Shown here in pieces: positions 37,270-43,761 of a stretch of 43,761 nucleotides of DNA. Under the pieces are notes generated by a model, which was given only the letters and a program-made list of their open reading frames with translations, had not been told where the DNA came from and did not search any database. How positions within the stretch are numbered: position 1 is the first letter of the stretch; each line of letters starts with the position of its first letter. The position numbers and the translations under genes were made by a program. Location: NCBI RefSeq assembly GCF_004010195.1, contig NC_057720.1:6841366-6885126 (forward strand), written 5' to 3'. Source of the stretch: Chiloscyllium plagiosum (Eukaryota).

Positions 37270-38100
37270 CTGCGTAAGAGGGAGGTTCAACAAGACTTGG
37301 GTGCCCTTGTGCACCAGTCACTAAACATCCAGGCAGAGCAAGCGGTAAAAAAGGCAAATGGTATGTTGGGATTCACAGCAAGATGCTTCCAAATACAGAA
37401 CCTCAGATATCTTGCTATAAATCAACAGAATCTCAAAGAGACCACAACTGGAGTATTGTGAACAATTTTGATCTCCTTAACCAAGGAAAGATGATCTGGT
37501 GATCGAGGGAGTGCAACGAAGGTTGACCAGGCTGATTCCTGCGTTGGCAGGACTGACATATGAAGAGAGACTGGATCAGTTAGGACTATATTCCCTGGAC
37601 TCTAGGATAATGAGTGGGAATGAGGCGGATTTCTGATAGAAACCTATAGAGGTCAAACAGTACTAGACAGGCTAAATGCAGGAAGGTAAAAACAATGACT
37701 GCAGATGCTGGAAACCAGATTCTGGATCAGTGGTGCTGGAAGAGCACAGCAGTTCAGGCAGCATCCGACGAGCAGCGAAATCAACGTTTCGGGCAAAGGC
37801 CTTTCATCAGGAACCTCTAAATGCAGGAAGGATGACTTGGGATCACAGTCTAAGGGTAGGGGATGGGCCATTTGGGACTGAGAGGAGAAGAAATTTCTTC
37901 ATCCAGGGAGTTGTGAGAATGTGAAATTCACTATCACAGAAAACCTTTGAGGCAAAAGCTCTGAATGCTTTCAAGAAGGGGTTAGATATGCTTTTTAGGG
38001 CTAAAGGGATCAAAGGGTGTGGGGATAAAGCTGGAACAGGGTGCTGAGTTGGATGATCAACCATGATCATATCGAAGGCTCAAAGGGCCTTCTTTGTTTC
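37270..38100 (+). mobile_element. CR1/HER1 RT-3' fragment, interrupted by a PLE element
   Basis: VQQDLGALVHQSL..AVKKANGMLGF and RRNFFIQGVV. Confidence 0.88.
37687..37816 (-). mobile_element. PLE 3'-end monomer, family A, same subfamily as 10198
   Basis: Perfect 15-bp TSD ctaaatgcaggaagg (37672-37686, 37817-37831); minus strand CTGATGA..GAAACGTT. Confidence 0.92.
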
Positions 38101-38344
38101 ACGGTTTCATCCCTCCATGCTAGTTGGTGGAATTCAAATTCAACTCTGTCATTAAACACTTGTAAGTGGTAACCACTCGCTGTAAAATGCAAGTGACAAT
38201 AAATCATTCAATTCAATTGAAAAACTCATCAGGTTCACTAATGTCCTTTAAGGAAGGGAATCTGCCATCATTATCCAGACTGGACTACACGTGACTCCAG
38301 ACCCACAGCAATGTGGTTGACTGTAAGATGACCTATTAAAAGGC

Positions 38345-38609
38345 AAAAGTGAGGACTACAGATGCTGGAGATTAGAGTCCAGAGTGTGGTGCTGGAAAAG
38401 CTCAGCAGGTCAGGCAGCATCATGCGGCAAGATGGTGGCAGATATGGCCAACCCCTTGCCAGCTCCTGCATGCAGATCTAAGTTTCCTATTTCCTACAAT
38501 CGTTCTACACTCTTGAAACTTAATAACATCTGAGGAGCAGGAGAATCAACATTTCAGGCAAAAGTCTGATGAAGGGAGCTGTGCATTTCCAGCACCACAC
38601 TCTTGACTC
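38345..38609. mobile_element. PLE-derived element, family A, inside a family 2 SINE and carrying a foreign insert
   Basis: TSD tgacctattaaaaggc (38329-38344) / tgacctgttaaaaggc (38610-38625). Confidence 0.85.
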
Positions 38610-39048
38610 TGACCTGTTAAAAGGCCAAGCATGTTATTCAGTTCAAGGTCAATTAGCGATGGATGACAGATGTTGTCCTTGATACCCATATCCCATGAAA
38701 GAAAAAGATTCCCAATCTTAAGCACTCGCTGTTTGAATTCGTTTTCTCTCAGTGCAGCAGTCAACAGATCAGTCAACAGTTCAATGTGAGGATCGACAAG
38801 GGGAGCGTTTCGAAAAGCAAGCATTAAGAACCTAAGCATAAGAAGTCACAAACTAGTCACATGTCCGCGACACAACAGGGAAACAGTTAGCTGCAGAGAG
38901 AGGGAATTTCAGGTTTAGACAACAAAGGCACAGTCAGGTCCAGCCTTCAGATGGATAATCCCCAGTGAGTGCCTCTGAACATCATAGAGACAGGAACCCT
39001 TGTAACATTTAAGAAGCATTTAAATGCCAAGGCAGATAAGGCTATAGG

Positions 39049-39158
39049 AGAAAGTGAGGACTGCAGATGCTGGTGAGTCAGAGTTGAAAAGCATAGCGCT
39101 GGAAAAACACAGCAGGTCAGGCAGCATCCAAGGAGCAGGAGAGTCGACATTTCGGGCA
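39049..39158 (-). mobile_element. PLE 3'-end monomer, family A
   Basis: TSD agataaggctatagg (39034-39048) / agacaaggctacagg (39159-39173); truncated in the stem II loop. Confidence 0.87.
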
Positions 39159-39499
39159 AGACAAGGCTACAGGCTAAATGCTGTGAAAGGGGTGAGAATA
39201 ATTAGGGGTTGTTTTTGACCAGCACAGACTCGATGAGCTGAAGGGTTTTTTTTTTTCTGTGGTGCAGGTCTCTTTAACTGGATCAACTATAAAAAAATGA
39301 AGTTTGTTGCTCTCAGAAACAATCATAACTCAAATTTATTTGGCCCCTTTATCACAGGAAATTGTTCCAAAGAATTTGATAGGAATGATTATCAAGCCAG
39401 ACTTGATAGCCAGCACATAAAGTGATATAATAAAAAGCTTGGTCAAACAGTTCAGCTTCCATAAATATCTTAAAGGAAGAGAGAGGGAGAGACAGAGAG

Positions 39500-39735
39500 T
39501 GAGTCATAGAGTCAGATACATGGAAACAACATCCTTCAGTCCAACCAGTCCATGTCGAACATAATCCCAAATTAAACTAGTCCCACCTGCCTGCTCCTGG
39601 CCCATATCCCTCCAAACCTTACTTATTCATGTACTTATCCACATGCTTTTCAAACGTTGTAATTGCACCCACATCCACCAATTTCTCTGGAAGTTCATTC
39701 CACACATGAACCACCCTCTGTGTAAATATTTGCCT
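39500..39735 (-). mobile_element. CR1/HER1 3' end
   Basis: ttccacac..accaccctctgtgt plus tail. Confidence 0.8.
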
Positions 39736-39865
39736 TTCATACCTTTTTAAGAGAGATGGCAGAAGGCATTGACAGTTCAATAGTGCAGCCAACATCAGGA
39801 TGTGCGAGAGACCAGAACTTGAGGAGTGCAGGAATGCTGGAGAGTTGCAAGGTTTGAGAGAGTTT

Positions 39866-40120
39866 GGGATGGCATGATAGCTCAGTGGTTAGCACTGTTG
39901 CCTCACAGCACCAGAGACATCCTCGGGTGACCGTCTGTGTGGAGTTTGCACAGTCTCCCTGTGTCTGCAGGGGTTTCCTCCGGGTGTTTTGGTTACATGG
40001 ATTGGCCATGGAAAATACAGGGTTGCAGGAATGGGGTGAGTCAGTGTGGGATGATCTTCAGAAGGTTGGTATGGACCCAAAGGGCCAAATGCCCTGCTTC
40101 CACACTATAGGGATTATATG
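39866..40120 (+). mobile_element. HE1-type V-SINE, internally deleted
   Basis: Head, partial V-domain, tail. Confidence 0.82.
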
Positions 40121-40829
40121 AGTTCGCCTAGTTAGAATGATTCATAGTTTCTTCTTAACTTATTGTTGGAATTCCCAATAGGGAACTATGAAAGAGGCTT
40201 TTAAAAATCAGAAGTAGACACGTAAGCCTGAAATTTATCATGCATTGGAATAGTGATGAGCAGATTAGAGGAAAAATCAAAGAGCATGTGCCAAACCCAG
40301 TCTCAGCGCTGTAATTTTAGATATGGTCTTTAAAAATTTCCATATTGCTTGTTCCAATTTTCCTTGGACATTGGGATGTCTGCAGTGCATCCATTGAACT
40401 ATGTTGCCTGTTAGATGGCCACTGCTTTGAGTCCCTTGCATCTCTAGCCTGTCATTAACTTAAAGTTACTGTCACTCTCTTCTTTAACATTGGAATGAAT
40501 AAAGCTATTTAGGTTCAGTGTCTGTCTTCTGCTTCTCTTCAAGTCTCTGTCACATGTTTTACTCTGCTGATGTCAGCATAGCATTAGCATTTACATCATC
40601 ACTGACACATTCATTTCCCATGATATAACGAACACCAATTTACACAACAGGAAGCCACTGACTGCATTACAATCACATGGGGAACTGTAGACTAAAATAA
40701 CTAAATGTAATAATTACCAACAAGGTTTCACTTTAACGTGAGTCAAAATCAATTTAAATTAAAGTGAAATAGAAACTAATACCTCAAGCAAGAAAGTGAA
40801 TTTAATTAGAAACGGTTGATACACAAAGA

Positions 40830-40972
40830 AAAACTGAAAGAACTGCGGCTGCTGTAAATCAGAAACAAAAACAGAAGTTGCTGGAAAAGCTCAGCAGGTT
40901 TGGCAGCATCAGTGAAGAGAAATAAAGTTAACATTTCGGGTCCAGTGACCTTTTCTCAGCACTGTTAACTCT
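40830..40972 (-). mobile_element. PLE 3'-end element, family C
   Basis: Minus strand ctgagaaaaggtcactggacccgaaatgttaac. Confidence 0.8.
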
Positions 40973-41292
40973 GATACACAAAGATATATCTCACCAAACC
41001 ATAAGCACCAGTTAGACATTTGCAACTACATGCAACTGGAAAGATTACACACCAAAGCTTACAGTCTCTCGCTTTCTTGCTGAATTTATTCAGCCCTTGA
41101 TTCATATTCACTGATAAACATGATCCATCTGATACTTCCACAGACACTCGTTACCTGCACACTCCTGAAGGACCTCTTCACCAAGGCTCATAATAGTCTT
41201 GAGAGAATAAATTCCCTAGGGACTCCTTTATCTGACCCCTTTGATAAACGCGATGATAAGATCTGGTCAGCAAAGGTGAATCAGCAGCAGTA

Positions 41293-41506
41293 CAGTTTGT
41301 TCTGTTATAATGTACATTTCATTAACACAAATTCGCTATAACACAATTGATAAATTGGGGACCCTGTTTCTATAGTGTAAAATTTTAAAGTGTGCATTGG
41401 TTATAATGTGCTTCCAGCCCCATTAGATTAAATGATGCTGTTATTTCACGATTTTCTTATAACACGGTATTGCATGAGAACAGAACTGTTATAGCAGAAC
41501 TGACTG
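41293..41506. mobile_element. MITE, Tc1/mariner-pogo type, copy 2
   Basis: TA-cagtttgttctgttataa ... ttatagcagaactgactg-TA; TIRs match at 15 of 18 bases. Confidence 0.82.
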
Positions 41507-41754
41507 TATAATTCTTCCAATTCAGATTCTGCTTTCACCCTACCTTCTGAGCTTCACAGGTGCGTTATACAAAGCACTCCCTTGTAAATGTCATTTCTCT
41601 GTTCTTTACCTACCACAGTTCTCCTTTGCATGCAACTTATTCCTGTCACTGTCTGTGTGTTAATTGCCTTCTAGTTGGTACGCCTTTCAGGTCAAGTGAC
41701 CAACAGTACTCATGGACCAGTATTTTTCTCTCAAGTAATTGAATGCGGCCACCT

Positions 41755-41985
41755 CTACCAGGCACCATTTATTGTCCATTAACTGCTACAGAAAGCTGTT
41801 AAGAGTCAACCACATTGCTTCGGATCTGGAGTCACATGTAGACCAGATGAGGTAAGCAGATTTCCCTCCCTAAAGGATACCAGTGACCCATGTGGTTTTT
41901 AACAATATGTGGCATGATCTCACATTAGTCTAGCTCTTTATTCCAGATTTTAAGTAAGTCCAAATTTTACCATTACCCATGATAG
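41755..41985 (-). mobile_element. SINE family 2
   Basis: ttaagagtcaaccacattgct..ggagtcacatgtag..ccctaaagga. Confidence 0.8.
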
Positions 41986-41989
41986 GATT

Positions 41990-42675
41990 TAGAAGACCAT
42001 AAGACCAAGAGGTTGGATTCGAATTAGGCCATTCGGCCCATCTAGGCAGCTCCATCATTTGACCATGGCTCCTCAACCCTAATCTTCTGCCTGCTCCCCA
42101 TTACCCTTATCCCCTTACTAATCAAAAATCTATCTATCGCTGTCTTAAAGGCACTCTACAGTCCACTGCAGCAATCAGTTACACAGATTCCCTACCCTCT
42201 GGCTGAAGAAATTCCTCCCCATCTCAGTTCCAAAGGGTCATCCCTTCACTCTGAAGCTATGCCCTTGGGTCCCAGTCTCTCCTACTTGTGGCAAGACCAT
42301 TTCCATTTCCACTCTATTCAGTCTCTCAGTATTCTATAAGTTACAATCAGAAACCCCCACATCATCCTAAACTCCATCAAAAGACAGACCCAGAAACCTC
42401 AACCACACCTCAATTGACAAGCCCTTTATCTCCAGGATCATTCTTTTTAAAATCCTCTGCACTCCCTCCAATGCCAGCACACCCTTCCTTAGATACGGGG
42501 CCCAAGATGGCCCACAATACCCAAAATGTGGTCTGGCCAAAGCCTTATACGGACTCAGCAGCACATCCCAGCTCTTGCATTCTAGCCCTCTTGAAATGAA
42601 TGCTAACATTGCATTTACTTTCCTAACCACCACTAGAACTGGTGTGTTAAACATAGAGACTCCTGAACTAGGACA
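41990..42675 (-). mobile_element. CR1/HER1 RT-3' fragment
   Basis: KVNAMLAFISRGLE..YKALARPH..WAPYLRK..LEGVQR. Confidence 0.88.
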
Positions 42676-42919
42676 CATTTAGATTTCAACTCCTTTGAAT
42701 GTGATGCACATCCCCAAGGAACTGCAACAGTTCATCGCTCAGATGTATGGAAAAGGAAGGTACATAAATACAGGAAAGAGAAAGGGTTTTTTGTTTAAAA
42801 GGCTGTTTTGATTAAATATGATAGGAAAAGGCATGTGTAGCTTACAAACACTGAGCAAGAAGAGGCAGTGGTGTAATGTGGGCGGCAGTGTAATGTGAGA
42901 GATAGTGTGAGGGAGAAAA

Positions 42920-43245
42920 GGGTGGGTGGCACGGTGGCACAGTGGTTAGCACTGCTGCCTCACAGCACCAGAGACCTGGGTTCAATTCCAGCCTCAGGCG
43001 ACTGTCTGTGTGGAGTTTGCACATTCTCCCCGTGTCTGTGTGGGTTTCCTCCGGGTGCTCCGGTTTCCTCCCACAGTCCAAAGATGTGCAGGTTAGGTGA
43101 ATTGGCCATGCTAAATTGCCAGTAGTGTTAGGTAAAAGGGGTAAATGTAGGGGAATGGGTGGGTTGCGCTTCGGCGGGTCGGTGTGGACTTGTTGGGCCG
43201 AAGGGCCTGTTTCCACACTGTAAGTAATCTAATCTAAAAAAAAAA
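42920..43245 (+). mobile_element. HE1-type V-SINE, apparently young
   Basis: Intact A and B boxes, CpGs retained, gtaatctaatct plus A tail. Confidence 0.95.
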
Positions 43246-43269
43246 TGACAAGTTCACTTGTCTAAGAGG

Positions 43270-43529
43270 TAAAAACAAGGACTGCAGATGCTGCAAACCA
43301 AAATTTAGATTAGAGTGGTGCTGGGAAAGCAAAGCAGGTCAGGCAGCATCCGAGGAGCAGGAAAATCGATGTTTCGGGCAAAAGCCCTTCATCAGGTATA
43401 GAGGCAGGGTGCCTCTATCTCCCCACTCTGCAGACACCCTGCCTCTATACCTGATGAAGGGCTTTTGCCCAAAACGATGATCTTCCTGCTCCTCGGATGC
43501 TGCCCTGACCTGCTGTGCTTTCCTAGCAC
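43270..43529. mobile_element. PLE-derived palindromic element, family A
   Basis: TSD cacttgtctaagagg (43255-43269) / cacttgtctcggagg (43530-43544); head-to-head ctgatgaagggcttttgccc motifs. Confidence 0.9.
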
Positions 43530-43650
43530 CACTTGTCTCGGAGGGTCAGGCTAATGGCCTGGGGTCAGGTGTTCCACTCCCACAAATTCAATTGTTTAGT
43601 TTAAAATTCTGGAATTTATCTCCCTTTCCAACTCCATTTTGATTTAGACG

Positions 43651-43761
43651 CCTCTCCCTCACCCTATCTCTCCCTCACCCTATCTCTCACCCACCCTACC
43701 TCTCCCTCACCCTACTCTCCCTCACCCTACCTCTCCCTCACCCTACTCTCCCTCACCCTAC
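43651..43761. repeat. Minisatellite, unit about ctctccctcacccta(c/t), running off the window end
   Basis: Directly visible in the sequence. Confidence 0.9.

Noticed and set aside
42920..43000. tRNA gene-like A and B boxes
   Set aside because: Head of an HE1 SINE, continuing into the V-domain and LINE-derived tail
43651..43761. Telomere-like C-rich repeat
   Set aside because: The unit is about 15-16 bp with no CCCTAA arrays; ordinary minisatellite

Overview
Eukaryotic, gene-poor, repeat-dominated DNA, almost certainly from a shark or other elasmobranch (inferred from about 13 HE1-type V-SINEs and many HER1/CR1 LINE 3' fragments). I cannot support any host protein-coding gene. Nearly all ORFs in the track are transposon remnants or artefacts of palindromes. 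Besides CR1, RTE, L2 and L1-like LINE debris, several tRNA-derived SINE families, solo LTRs and a TA-flanked MITE family, the most striking signal is about 20 short (110-270 bp) Penelope-like-element (PLE) derivatives from four sequence families. Most share one architecture: an inverted repeat whose axis sits at or next to a minimal hammerhead-ribozyme motif (CUGA(U/A)GA..stem II..GAAA(C/G)..NUH), a 30-40 nt unpaired tail on one side, and 10-18 bp target-site duplications (TSDs). One internally deleted copy (30231-30921) joins a Penelope N-terminal ORF remnant to the same ribozyme-bearing 3' end. Junctions show fold-back capture of flanking DNA and microhomology. A few repeat-free islands are weak enhancer or exon candidates. 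Family names come from recalled consensus motifs, not database searches, and boundaries of old repeats are approximate.
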